The notes below the pieces were generated by a model. It worked only from the letters and a program-made list of their open reading frames with translations. It was not told where the DNA came from and did not search any database. The position numbers were made by a program, and so were the translations under genes. A stretch of 64,000 nt of DNA from a virus (taxonomy: Duplodnaviria > Heunggongvirae > Uroviricota > Caudoviricetes), in the IMG/VR virus record IMGVR_UViG_3300013121_000012, positions 21,427 through 85,426 of that record; one strand, given 5' to 3'. The stretch's first letter is position 1; every line of letters starts with the position of its first letter. Below, piece after piece: positions 1 through 10,362 of the stretch.

Positions 1-25
1 GACCATTACCTATCGAGCAATTCTA

Positions 26-835
26 ATGAGACTAAATACATTAACGCTATCAGATTTACATCTCCCAATAAACGATTCTATGAATTCGTTTTCTTCAAAT
101 ATGTCATTACTATTTGATTTTCTAAACTATCAAATTAATAAGAAAGTCAAATATGAAAAAATTGTTCTTATTGGTGACATCATAGAAGACTGGTATATTG
201 ATTCGAATGATGTATTCAAAAACTATCCAGAAATCATGATGTTGTTTTTCTATAAGCTGAAGATGCTTACTAAACGCATTATCTTCGTTAAAGGTAATCA
301 TGATTCAGATAGCACTTGGGGTAAATTGCCGCGAAGAACAAAAGAGTTTTTAGAAGGGCTCGATGTTGAAATTTGCTATAGACAATTTCATGAAGATAAT
401 CTTGTTTACTCTCATGGTCATAAAGGAGAGAGTGGATTTCCTTTGATAATGTTGCTTAATATTCTTGGAGCGAAGATAGTATTTAATACGTTAAAATGGA
501 TAGCTAAACTTTTTGGAACAAAAGGTAAAACTCTATACTCTAAATTAAAGCCATATTACGACAAAATTACAAACTCGGACGGTATCGGCGACACGCAAGA
601 AGAACACGAAATCTATTATACTAAGGTTCGTGCGCGACTTAATGTTCCAGAAGAATGTACGTTAGTATGCGGACATACACACCGCCCTCTCGTTTTAGAA
701 TCCATGAAAGTTATTAACGACGGAGACTGGATGAGTCACACGACATTCGTAGAAATCGATCATAATTCTAATATTGCATTTTTATGTAAATATACAAGAG
801 AAGGCATACAAATCGAAAACCAATTGGAATTCTAA
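26..835 (+). CDS. calcineurin-like metallophosphoesterase
   Basis: Motifs SDLHLP, GDIIED, GNHD and GHTHRP, which are the metallophosphatase signature blocks. Confidence 0.6.
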   Translation: MRLNTLTLSDLHLPINDSMNSFSSNMSLLFDFLNYQINKKVKYEKIVLIGDIIEDWYIDSNDVFKNYPEIMMLFFYKLKMLTKRIIFVKGNHDSDSTWGKLPRRTKEFLEGLDVEICYRQFHEDNLVYSHGHKGESGFPLIMLLNILGAKIVFNTLKWIAKLFGTKGKTLYSKLKPYYDKITNSDGIGDTQEEHEIYYTKVRARLNVPEECTLVCGHTHRPLVLESMKVINDGDWMSHTTFVEIDHNSNIAFLCKYTREGIQIENQLEF

Positions 836-1956
836 TGGATCATATTAAGAAATATTACTCTCATAAGCTATTCGAAGCCGACGTCGTATCGGATACCGGT
901 GGTGTGCCAGCTCCAGCAGGCGCAGGAAAACAAGGATTAGTTACACCCGACACAGGCTCTAAAGTTCCAGCTAAGAATCCAAACGAAATCAAAGAAAAGA
1001 CTGCTGTTTCAACAGACACTCTAGATAGCGGAACAGATCAGAAAACAGGACCATCTGCTACAGAAATATTCATCGCTTACTTTTACAACAACATGAAGCA
1101 ATTCGGTCCAAAATTGGACGATACGATCAACAGCGCAATTAAAGAAGCTGAATCAGAAAATGGAATTAAAGGCGCAAGAGGATTTGCTGGTATTGCGGGA
1201 GCAGAGTGGATTGTTCTTCGCAGATCAATTTTTTATGCTGCAATGATGTACATCTTTCTTCGCTTCGTCAATAAGACCGGCGCAGAAAGTATGAAGAATG
1301 CTGTTATCGCAAAGAAAGCGGCAGGTGCAATTGCGGCAGGAAAGAAATCAAAAGAACAGCGCGATAAAGAAAAGGCTCTTAAAGAGAAAGCGAAGCAGAA
1401 TACAAACGAAGAGATTGCATACATAGAAGGATTGGCTGAAATCGGCGGACTCTTCAGAGCTCTTGCTCAAAGAACTCCGACAGCTGGAATCAATAAGCAA
1501 GGGACATTCAGATATTTCACTAAAGATGTTGCTACGATGTATGGAATACTTCTTGGAACAAAGAATGGTATTCGTTACTGCAGATCGCCTATTGGAAGCG
1601 GAAAAAACCACGTAGAAAGATTCTATGATGCGACAAACTTAAATCAGACATACGCTGTCACATTGAAATACATAAACAATATCGCTAAAGGTCAACCACC
1701 AAATGATAAGTGGGCGACACTGACGCCAGACATTCTTCAAAAGACTCTTGCCGGATCAGCATTTCAACTTAACTATGGAGAATTAGCAAGAGTAACTGGT
1801 GAGATGGCGAAGCAAATGTTTTTGTTGGCATACGAGAACGAAGACATCAAGATAAATCAAGCAAACGAAAAAGTTCAGAACGCACTCTCTAAATTTACTG
1901 GTATCCACCCAAAAGGAACAGTTACTAAGAAAATCAGTAACGATGTATTGAAGTAA
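835..1956 (+). CDS. hypothetical protein (Ala/Gly/Lys-rich N-terminus)
   Basis: Long ORF in the gene-dense + strand array; no recognisable motif. Confidence 0.4.
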   Translation: MDHIKKYYSHKLFEADVVSDTGGVPAPAGAGKQGLVTPDTGSKVPAKNPNEIKEKTAVSTDTLDSGTDQKTGPSATEIFIAYFYNNMKQFGPKLDDTINSAIKEAESENGIKGARGFAGIAGAEWIVLRRSIFYAAMMYIFLRFVNKTGAESMKNAVIAKKAAGAIAAGKKSKEQRDKEKALKEKAKQNTNEEIAYIEGLAEIGGLFRALAQRTPTAGINKQGTFRYFTKDVATMYGILLGTKNGIRYCRSPIGSGKNHVERFYDATNLNQTYAVTLKYINNIAKGQPPNDKWATLTPDILQKTLAGSAFQLNYGELARVTGEMAKQMFLLAYENEDIKINQANEKVQNALSKFTGIHPKGTVTKKISNDVLK

Positions 1957-1957
1957 T

Positions 1958-2506
1958 ATGGAATTCGCAGGCGAAGAAGATAGACCAAAAACGCTTAAGC
2001 TATTTGATCCAAAGAATCCTGAATACATGCTCGCTGCATCGGTTATTCAAGAACAAATGGAAATAGCTTCACCACATATATTGTGGTTCACGAAGAATGT
2101 TGCAGTCACTGAATCTAAACTCACGGAAGTGGATACAACTTATGGAGAAGAAGCTTCTTCAAAGAAGTTCTTTAATCCGCCTGTTCAAGTTCATGGATTC
2201 TTAGATGTGAATCCTATGATCATTGAATTAAGTAAGCTTGGTTATAATAATCTTCGCGAAATCAATTTGATTATGAATCAAATGGACTTAATGGAGAAAC
2301 TCGGCGATCTTCCAAAAGAAGGTGATGTATTTCGTATCACTTTTTTGCGACCAGGAACCACTGATGAAAATATATTTTATAGTGTTGCTACCGTGCTACC
2401 AACAGATCAGTTCAATCATATGTATTTGAACTTGATGATTGGAGCTGAACAAACAGATTTGGCGGATGTGCACGAAGAAGTAAAAAGTTATTTTAACATG
2501 GAATAA
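1958..2506 (+). CDS. hypothetical protein
   Basis: ORF with tight spacing to its neighbours. Confidence 0.4.
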   Translation: MEFAGEEDRPKTLKLFDPKNPEYMLAASVIQEQMEIASPHILWFTKNVAVTESKLTEVDTTYGEEASSKKFFNPPVQVHGFLDVNPMIIELSKLGYNNLREINLIMNQMDLMEKLGDLPKEGDVFRITFLRPGTTDENIFYSVATVLPTDQFNHMYLNLMIGAEQTDLADVHEEVKSYFNME

Positions 2507-2517
2507 TAGGAGAAAAA

Positions 2518-3264
2518 ATGATTAAGAATGATAAATGGGTTGAACAGTTTGTAATGCAGGAAGAAGCCGCATACAATGAAGCAGAAATTTCTGGTGGGTT
2601 CAACAAACCAAAGGCATCTGACCGTACAAAGTATGGCGAAGCTAATCCAAAAAACGTCGGCGCTGAAAAAGCTGCACAAGCAGAAAAAGCTGCCGATGCA
2701 AGCGAATCTGGTGTTGGTGCCGTAAGAGTTGGAAAACCTTACAAAGCCGCAGACGGAATCGAACACGTAATTTTCAAAGTGTCAGTTACAGTTGGGAAAG
2801 CAGGGAAGAAAACAATTACTGTCCACGTTCCAACAGAACTCGACGGAAGAAAACTCTCAACAAGAGCGATCAAGCAATTGGCGATCTCTGTTGCAGATAA
2901 CAAAGTACAAGGCATCATGAAAAAACTCACTGCAGCTCAGATGAGTGAAGATGTTGCTATCACTGAAGCAAAAAAGAAAGACGAAGAAGCGGCTGAAACT
3001 CCAGCCGAAGAAAAGAAAGAAAAGAAAGCTGGTGGAAAAGAAGAATCCGGCGAAGTTGATCCAGAAGATCTCGATCTAGATTCACTTGATTCTGACACAA
3101 AAGTCGATCTTATCGAACGCATTATGTCTTCACTACAAGACAACTGCGAAGAAAAAGAATATCAGAAGTGCTTTGACAAGGTGTCTGACATGATGGACTC
3201 ATTCATGCCAGAACAATCTGAAGAACCAGTCACTGACGATAGCGAAGAAGAGGAAGAAGAATAA
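2518..3264 (+). CDS. hypothetical acidic protein (possible scaffold/assembly protein)
   Basis: RBS aggagaaaaATG; Lys/Glu-rich with a poly-Glu C-terminus; lies in the structural block upstream of the sheath. Confidence 0.35.
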   Translation: MIKNDKWVEQFVMQEEAAYNEAEISGGFNKPKASDRTKYGEANPKNVGAEKAAQAEKAADASESGVGAVRVGKPYKAADGIEHVIFKVSVTVGKAGKKTITVHVPTELDGRKLSTRAIKQLAISVADNKVQGIMKKLTAAQMSEDVAITEAKKKDEEAAETPAEEKKEKKAGGKEESGEVDPEDLDLDSLDSDTKVDLIERIMSSLQDNCEEKEYQKCFDKVSDMMDSFMPEQSEEPVTDDSEEEEEE

Positions 3265-3762
3265 TTGATTGATGTCAAATTCAATCAGTCACTTCTAATC
3301 AAGACGATTCAAGATGAGGCAAAATCTCATCTTGAATCGATCAGAGAAACCAAAATAAATGAAATCACGAGACTCTTTGAATCATCCAAAGAGTCTTTCT
3401 CCTTAGTTAAAATCAACATCGAGAACACAAAAACAAACGAGAAACGAAAAATCTCGTTTGGTCTCGAGCCATCAATATCATTCAATAATGATCCTGATAA
3501 AATCGTGGCAAATATCACATTTCCTGAAACAGAAGACAGTGTATTATTCTATGCACAAAACGAAGGTGCTGGTTTGACTGGAACTATTGGTGATACAGTG
3601 TTAGAAGCTATTAACACGATTCTTAAGAAGAGTGGCAAGAAAGAAATTCAGCGCGAAAAAGATGTAGAAATATATCTTGAGCCTTCTAAAGCTTTCCAGA
3701 AGTTTATCACATCGATACAAGTCGATGTCTCTGGTGTTAAGAAGTCAATCGGTAACGTCTAA
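3265..3762 (+). CDS. hypothetical protein
   Basis: ORF; stop/start overlap with the next gene. Confidence 0.4.
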   Translation: MIDVKFNQSLLIKTIQDEAKSHLESIRETKINEITRLFESSKESFSLVKINIENTKTNEKRKISFGLEPSISFNNDPDKIVANITFPETEDSVLFYAQNEGAGLTGTIGDTVLEAINTILKKSGKKEIQREKDVEIYLEPSKAFQKFITSIQVDVSGVKKSIGNV

Positions 3763-4589
3763 TGGCACAACAAAACGAAGCACCACTATTCCTTTTTGGA
3801 ATCTACGTCGTAGAGATTGCCAAATACTTTAACACATTCAGATCTTTCAATAAAGACGATTTGAAAGAAATACCAAATCCAAACGCAAAACCTGGCGAGA
3901 AACCAACGTTTCCTAATCCAAACTATGGTCAGACGATACCATTAAACATCGTATATGGTTCACCTAAAGCGAGCATGAGAAAATACTTATCTCGTTACAA
4001 CGGTATGATGCGAACGCCAGTCCTCAACTTTTATGGAGTTGATTGGATTCGCAGAGTAGAAAAAGAACCAATCATGAGGCTCTTCAATAAGAAGGAAGCG
4101 AGAGAAACTGGTGTGGCACAAGTACGTCGTCCGCCAATGCAATTTGATGTAAACTATTCCTTCTCTTTATTTACATCGTCAATACAAGAACGCGATCATA
4201 TCCTTTATCAAATCTACACTGCGTTTCCTAGAAATGAGTTGTCGCTCATCTATCAGGATCCAACTAATCCTGATCCGGATGATTTCATATTCATTCCATT
4301 GAAAATTGATTACAATGCGCAGGATGAAAGTGAGCTAGAAGGTATGGGCGAAAAGGAAACTCGTGATATTATCAGAACAAGTTTTTCACTTGTTGGACAG
4401 CACGTAGTTCCTTATCCATCAAGAGAATATCCAGTCATTAAGAGCATTCATTTTGTTGATAAGATGAGAGACCCGGCAGGTGATGTTGTAACACAATACA
4501 ACTTAGACATCGTACCTGATCCTGATGGTCACATCATCCTTGACATAGGAGCCAATATTGATTTAACGGCTTTAGGAATAAATGGTTAA
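3762..4589 (+). CDS. hypothetical (structural block)
   Basis: ORF; ATGA overlap with the upstream gene. Confidence 0.4.
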   Translation: MAQQNEAPLFLFGIYVVEIAKYFNTFRSFNKDDLKEIPNPNAKPGEKPTFPNPNYGQTIPLNIVYGSPKASMRKYLSRYNGMMRTPVLNFYGVDWIRRVEKEPIMRLFNKKEARETGVAQVRRPPMQFDVNYSFSLFTSSIQERDHILYQIYTAFPRNELSLIYQDPTNPDPDDFIFIPLKIDYNAQDESELEGMGEKETRDIIRTSFSLVGQHVVPYPSREYPVIKSIHFVDKMRDPAGDVVTQYNLDIVPDPDGHIILDIGANIDLTALGING

Positions 4590-4642
4590 ATTTTTTTGAC
4601 GGGGACGATGATTGCAAAATATAAAATAGAGGAATCGTATAG

Positions 4643-4816
4643 ATGAAGAAAATAGAAATCAAAAACAAAATGTATCAGCCGTTCAAACTCCTTGCAAATG
4701 GATCTATCGAATTGATCGAGGCAAAAGAGAAGCGAACAGTTAAGATGGCATCTGTAACGGATCAAATCATAACTGCAGCAGAACGAGGCTTCATCTCGTA
4801 CAAAGTAATTGAGTAA
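4643..4816 (+). CDS. small hypothetical protein (57 aa)
   Basis: ORF below the track threshold; preceded by a TTGACG-N18-TATAAA promoter-like element and aggaa. Confidence 0.3.
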   Translation: MKKIEIKNKMYQPFKLLANGSIELIEAKEKRTVKMASVTDQIITAAERGFISYKVIE

Positions 4817-4834
4817 AATAGGGAGCACTATTAA

Positions 4835-7800
4835 ATGAGTAATACAGTCGCAGACATTAAAGGAAAAGGTTTCGTTTTCGAACAAACAGCGGAACAACAA
4901 TTTATTCCTTCACCAACAGGCACAATCGCAGTTGGTATCGGTGGGGCAAATTGGGGTCCTCTTAAAACTCCTGTCTACATCAGCGCGGGAAATCAGGAAT
5001 TCCGTAAATTGTTCGGAGATCCAATCGACGCAGAGTTCTGCAAAGACTCTTCTGCTTTGATGCTTGATTATCACCTCAAAAAATCAGCTATCGGTTGGTT
5101 TACACGTATCTCTGGTCCAAATGCAACTAAAGCTGCATTGGAACTATATAAGCCAAACGAAAGTGCTCAGATTACTGGTACAAAAAACGTTAAGAACTCT
5201 TCGTTCGTTTTCTATGACGCTACAGACGGCGTAAAGCAAAACAACCAAATGAAGATCCGCACACGTATCGATGAAGGTAACAACCTTTTCTCTGACCGTG
5301 ATGTAACTGTTTCTCTAACGGCTTCTGAAAAAGCTGTTCTTAAAACAGACGATCTTACAAACGTACAAAATTATTCTAAAAATACAACGATCCGCGTAGT
5401 CGACGGGAATGTTTCTGGAAATGAGGAATACTTCTATGTCGTACAAGAAAGCGACGGATTCAATAAACTAAAAGACGATGTGACTTCAGGTCGCTTTGCA
5501 AATGCAGCCGTTGGTTGGATTTACAATGCGATGAACCTCATCAAGAACAACGCAGCAGTAGCTCTTAAAGATATTACTGGTGCAGCGGGCTTGAAAGCAC
5601 GTCGTATCTTCGGTGTCGACACATGGGCGGGAGATGTTAAATCGTTCCTTCGCTTGGACTCAGCAATCGTTAATGCATCACGCTTCAAAGTTAAGGGTGA
5701 AATCGCATTCGTAGCTAATGATAAATTGGCTGGTGTTGATTCTACAGTCGTAGCCAACCCACTATTTACTTATTCAAACCTCGCAACAGGTGTAAAATAC
5801 ATCGCAGAAGGTGGTAACGTTACAATCACAGAAGGTTTGTTCACAACAGTAGTTAACCAAGGTGAAGTTTTCACTAAAGGTGCTGGTGGAGCAAACGGTG
5901 CTCAGGCAACTATCGTAACTCTTACAACTGGCGAAGTATATGTTGTCGAGTCAGACGCTGGCGGAGCAAACGACGTAAGAAAACTCGTTAAAGTTGCAGC
6001 CGCTGGTACTTCGGTAATTTACGGAACTGCATGGAACACTGTTCTAGATGCAGCTTCAGTACAAACAGCCGGAACTAAAATCTTGGTCAATCCTACTGCA
6101 GGATCATTCGCTCTTTACACAGTTAACGTTGGCGCTGATGCTATCACGTTGACTTCTACAACAGGAGCAGACGATGGTAAGTACATTGATCTTCATGCTA
6201 AACAAATTCACACGCACACTAACACAAGCGTACCGAAATGGGTTAAAAACGCATATACGCTTGCTGATGGTGATACTTTTTATTCTGATGCTACTTATTA
6301 CGAGTATGATATTGCTCCAGCGTGGATCACAACGGCAGCGGTCGACGGAGATAAAGTACTTGATCTTGAAGCTATAAAAGTATTTGAGAGAGCAGCAGGT
6401 GTTTTCTCAATCACAGACATCGACCCAGTTGGTGTTGGCGGCGACGGATTGAAAGTTCCATATCATCTTCAAAATAACAACTGCTACTACTACCGATACA
6501 ATGCGGCTACAATCGCATATGTTCGCAAAGAAATGAACAGCGGTGTTTATATCCTTGATCCTGATTCAACAGCAACCGTAACAAACTTCACATCCCCAGC
6601 GGATGATAACAAGAAAGCGACGTTCACAGAGTCTACTGCATCATTTGCGGCTGGAACGGCGACTGTCGACGGTGAAGTATACTTCGCTGAAGAAGACGGC
6701 GCACTCTATTTCAGAGGCGCATCTGCCTTCGTAAAGCGCTTGAGCAACGACGAATCAGCAACGATCCCAGATAATACACTCCAGTTTATCTCATCAGATC
6801 GCGGTGCACTTTCATTCGTGAGAGTCATCGAAGCATTCGCTAATATCTTTACAGTAGACAACGTAACAAAAGCTTTCGGTGTCAATACAACAATCTCAGA
6901 AGTACTCGACGAAATCAATCAGGTCTTTGCCGACGATACAACTCTTTACGGATTGTTCACTGAAGCTCCGCAATATGCGTATGCTCTTATCGATAGCGCA
7001 AACAAACTAGTTCTTTCTACATTCCAGAAGAGCTCTACAGCGAGAATCAGAATTAAGAATGATGGCATCTCAGCAATCAACTCTTATGTTCTCCTTGGGT
7101 TTGTTAACCTTGACGACTTAACTCTTTACCCTACACAACCAGCGTACTTCGAAGCAATTGGTGTCGATAGCACATTGACTTCTTCATGGGAAGCTTTCTA
7201 TACAGGATTTGATGGTAACACAATTCAACTTGTAAACTCACTCACAGTTGATGGTCCTGAATTGAAAGTATACTTCAGAGGAACTCTCATCGCGTCGTAT
7301 ATCAATTACAACTATACGCCAACATCATCTAACTACATCGTTAAGCTGATCACAGAAGATCCAAATGTTAACTCTATCGTTAAGATTTCTCTTACTGCTG
7401 GTCAAACGATTCCATACGGAACGTTCACTCTTAGCGGTGGTAACTCAGATGCACTTACAATCAACGATGCAGATTATGCAAACGAAGTTGTAAAATACCG
7501 CAACGTCGACCTCTTCGACCTTGACTTACTATCTGTTTCTGGTATCAGCTCACAGACAGTTATTGAAAAGATCAAAGAAGTTGCAGAGTACCGTAAAGAC
7601 TTCTTTGGTATCATCGATCCACCACAGTTGCTTTCAGTCAACGGTGTTATTAACTGGCACAATGGTGCTGGTGACGGAAATGACCTCACATTGGATGACG
7701 CTCAGAAACTCAACAGCGAGTTCTTGGCAACATACTACCCATGGTTGGCACTTCCAATTCAAAGAACGGATAAGACAGTGTTCCAGTGGCACGCTCCATC

Positions 7801-8383
7801 AACTCGTGTAGTTGGCGCGATTGCTCAGAACGATGCGATCCTTAAACACAAAGTTGGTGCGCCTGCTGGCCAGATCAGAACATTGTTTGACTCAGACTCA
7901 ATCAATGCTCTCGAAGTATACCTCGAAGACGAAGATAAACAACGTATTTACGCCGACGTATATAACAACAACATCAACCCAATCTCTTACACTGTAGCAG
8001 ATGGTTTCTTTATCGATGGTCAAAAGACTACACTAAGAACTCCAAATGCTCTTCGCAGAATTAACGTAATGAGAACTGGATTGTACCTCAAGAAGCGTAT
8101 TCAGAATGGAGTAAAATTCTACTTCTGGAACCCAACTGATCCAATTGCTTGGAACGACTTCAGAGAATTTGCTGTTGGTATCTTTAACTACCTCGTTAAC
8201 GTACGAGCAATTAAGGACGACTTCGTAGTAAAATGCGATAAGACAACAAACGGTCCTGAGATTACTTCACAGAACGGATTGGTAGCGATTGGCGAATGGA
8301 CACCAATCAAAACAACAGAACGTATTAAGTTCATATCACGTATCAAAGAGGAAAAGGTAAACGTTTCTCTTGAAGCGTTATAA
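4835..8383 (+). CDS. tail sheath protein (very large, 1182 aa)
   Basis: N-terminal block ..TGTIAVGIGGANWGPLKTPVYISAGNQEFRKLFG.. and C-terminal block ..FYFWNPTDPIAWNDF.. match the conserved ends of contractile tail sheath proteins (T4 gp18-like). RBS agggag. Confidence 0.7.
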   Translation: MSNTVADIKGKGFVFEQTAEQQFIPSPTGTIAVGIGGANWGPLKTPVYISAGNQEFRKLFGDPIDAEFCKDSSALMLDYHLKKSAIGWFTRISGPNATKAALELYKPNESAQITGTKNVKNSSFVFYDATDGVKQNNQMKIRTRIDEGNNLFSDRDVTVSLTASEKAVLKTDDLTNVQNYSKNTTIRVVDGNVSGNEEYFYVVQESDGFNKLKDDVTSGRFANAAVGWIYNAMNLIKNNAAVALKDITGAAGLKARRIFGVDTWAGDVKSFLRLDSAIVNASRFKVKGEIAFVANDKLAGVDSTVVANPLFTYSNLATGVKYIAEGGNVTITEGLFTTVVNQGEVFTKGAGGANGAQATIVTLTTGEVYVVESDAGGANDVRKLVKVAAAGTSVIYGTAWNTVLDAASVQTAGTKILVNPTAGSFALYTVNVGADAITLTSTTGADDGKYIDLHAKQIHTHTNTSVPKWVKNAYTLADGDTFYSDATYYEYDIAPAWITTAAVDGDKVLDLEAIKVFERAAGVFSITDIDPVGVGGDGLKVPYHLQNNNCYYYRYNAATIAYVRKEMNSGVYILDPDSTATVTNFTSPADDNKKATFTESTASFAAGTATVDGEVYFAEEDGALYFRGASAFVKRLSNDESATIPDNTLQFISSDRGALSFVRVIEAFANIFTVDNVTKAFGVNTTISEVLDEINQVFADDTTLYGLFTEAPQYAYALIDSANKLVLSTFQKSSTARIRIKNDGISAINSYVLLGFVNLDDLTLYPTQPAYFEAIGVDSTLTSSWEAFYTGFDGNTIQLVNSLTVDGPELKVYFRGTLIASYINYNYTPTSSNYIVKLITEDPNVNSIVKISLTAGQTIPYGTFTLSGGNSDALTINDADYANEVVKYRNVDLFDLDLLSVSGISSQTVIEKIKEVAEYRKDFFGIIDPPQLLSVNGVINWHNGAGDGNDLTLDDAQKLNSEFLATYYPWLALPIQRTDKTVFQWHAPSTRVVGAIAQNDAILKHKVGAPAGQIRTLFDSDSINALEVYLEDEDKQRIYADVYNNNINPISYTVADGFFIDGQKTTLRTPNALRRINVMRTGLYLKKRIQNGVKFYFWNPTDPIAWNDFREFAVGIFNYLVNVRAIKDDFVVKCDKTTNGPEITSQNGLVAIGEWTPIKTTERIKFISRIKEEKVNVSLEAL

Positions 8384-8409
8384 TTAATGGAGCAAAATTA
8401 GGAGACACA

Positions 8410-9081
8410 ATGGCAAACATTTTCCAAATAAGATACATTCAAAACTCTCAGACTAAGAATCAAAACAGATTCACTCTGAGATTCTTGAACTTGGATCAAG
8501 TTCTTCAGAGAGCGAAGAACCACAGAATCAAGAGCGTTCGTGATATTTACGCGGGCGCTGAGAAGGTCTTGAAAAGAGATAACTTCGACTTCGCTCAAAC
8601 ACTTGAACTTGGTCTTCTTTCAGTTAACGCTCCAACTATCACTATTGAAAAGCAAAGAATTCCTCGCTTCAACGACTCAGTAGGTGCAACTACTAAGTTC
8701 GGTGAACCAGAAGATATGACGGTAACATTCATTGACTATGTCAATGGATCACCGTCTGCGATTCTGAAGGTTTGGCATTCATTGGTCGGTGACAAAACTA
8801 CTGGCTACATGGGTTTCAAAGAGGAATACATCCTTGAAAAAGCGCACCTATATAAATATGGTCCAGATGCACCTGGTTATTCAGAAGAAGAAATTGCAAC
8901 AAGCTATCTCGAGAAACACGAGATTATCAACTTGCACCCGCTCTCTGTTCCAATCGGTGAAATGAGCTATGAAAACGGTGAAGCGATCAGAATTGAAGCG
9001 CAATTCTCGATTGACAACATCTACATTGTAGATTACCAAGGATATATCAAAGACAATGCTGGTAATTTCCGCGTTGGCTAA
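8410..9081 (+). CDS. putative tail tube protein
   Basis: Immediately downstream of the sheath gene; RBS aggaga; the size fits. Assigned by synteny only. Confidence 0.4.
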   Translation: MANIFQIRYIQNSQTKNQNRFTLRFLNLDQVLQRAKNHRIKSVRDIYAGAEKVLKRDNFDFAQTLELGLLSVNAPTITIEKQRIPRFNDSVGATTKFGEPEDMTVTFIDYVNGSPSAILKVWHSLVGDKTTGYMGFKEEYILEKAHLYKYGPDAPGYSEEEIATSYLEKHEIINLHPLSVPIGEMSYENGEAIRIEAQFSIDNIYIVDYQGYIKDNAGNFRVG

Positions 9082-9095
9082 GATACAATTAACCA

Positions 9096-9293
9096 ATGAA
9101 AGAAATTCTTCCAAAGGATATAGACCAGGTCGACCTCTCAATATTTGAGGCATACAATATCTACGACTCGTTGAAAGAAATATTTGACGAGTCGGAGAAG
9201 AAAAAGTTTAGTCAGCCAACTAAATACCTTAAGAAAGACAAGAAGAAAAAGAAGGTAGAGGATAATGAAAAACAAACACCTCCCTTCGCATAA
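9096..9293 (+). CDS. hypothetical small protein
   Basis: ORF. Confidence 0.3.
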   Translation: MKEILPKDIDQVDLSIFEAYNIYDSLKEIFDESEKKKFSQPTKYLKKDKKKKKVEDNEKQTPPFA

Positions 9294-9576
9294 AGAAGTT
9301 CTCGACTCAGTCTTCGAAAGCCGTCAAGTCAAAATAATCTTTCCAGAGAAATCTGCCGAATTTACTGACGTGGCCAAGTTTTTGAACTCGCAAGAGTTTG
9401 ATGACGTGGTAGAACATGTTTTATCAGTCATAAAAGAAGGTCTTCAGAAGAGTATCGAAAAACAAAGCAAACGCGTGAATCCAGAGAATTTTCATAAAGC
9501 GTTTGTTGCAAAACTACCAATAATTCTCAAGACTCTTTCAACAAGAGCAAAAACATCAAAGTACTTAAAAGGATAA
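9265..9576 (+). CDS. hypothetical protein
   Basis: ORF. Confidence 0.35.
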   Translation: MKNKHLPSHKEVLDSVFESRQVKIIFPEKSAEFTDVAKFLNSQEFDDVVEHVLSVIKEGLQKSIEKQSKRVNPENFHKAFVAKLPIILKTLSTRAKTSKYLKG

Positions 9577-9580
9577 CAGA

Positions 9581-10069
9581 ATGGGATTAGCGAATACATA
9601 TTTAGAGGCAGCAGTCAAAGCAGAAAAGACTATTGATGCTCAGGCATTTCTAGAAGCTCTGGAGAATAACGACTTAGAAGCATTTGCGGAAGCAATGTCA
9701 GCTATGCGAAAGCTGAAGAAGTTTAAAGATGCAAAAGAAGCTCGCGCAGCTCTTGAAGGAGACTTCACAAAACTTCGTAAAGATATTCAAGACATAGAAG
9801 ACACTATTGCGGAAATGATTCACGATGTAGCTTTTCTTTTAATGGATCCTAACGAAGAGGATCGCGATTCACAAGACGATGAAGAAGCTTTTGATAAAGC
9901 TCAAGAGATGTTCGCTCCGTTGATTAGAGGAGTAACATCTCTTGATTTTAAAAGAGTAAAAGAAAAAATTATTGCTGCTGTCGGAAGACACGTGGAATCT
10001 AAACACCAAAAAGAATCTGAACAGGCTTCCGAAAAAGCTAAAGCTGAAGCTGCCGCAAATCAGGAATAA
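9581..10069 (+). CDS. hypothetical acidic coiled-coil protein
   Basis: ORF. Confidence 0.35.
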   Translation: MGLANTYLEAAVKAEKTIDAQAFLEALENNDLEAFAEAMSAMRKLKKFKDAKEARAALEGDFTKLRKDIQDIEDTIAEMIHDVAFLLMDPNEEDRDSQDDEEAFDKAQEMFAPLIRGVTSLDFKRVKEKIIAAVGRHVESKHQKESEQASEKAKAEAAANQE

Positions 10070-10071
10070 TC

Positions 10072-10362
10072 ATGAAAGACACATACTTAGAAGATATTCA
10101 AAAACAAGTTTTTGCTGAAGGGAAAACACCAAAATCTGCAATAAGATTTATGAATAAGTATCTTCATTCTTTAGCTAGTGACGGCGAGGGATTAAGATTT
10201 CTCGCAAAGAAATTCAAAATTAGATATAAGTCTCTTTCGAAAGCAACGATTAATGACGAGCCAGAATTAGACGATGAAGTTAGAAATCAAATAGACGAAT
10301 TAAGCGACGACGCTCTTCTCGAATTATATCAGATCGCTAAAAAAAGATACGGCGAACTTTAA
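10072..10362 (+). CDS. hypothetical protein
   Basis: ORF. Confidence 0.35.
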   Translation: MKDTYLEDIQKQVFAEGKTPKSAIRFMNKYLHSLASDGEGLRFLAKKFKIRYKSLSKATINDEPELDDEVRNQIDELSDDALLELYQIAKKRYGEL

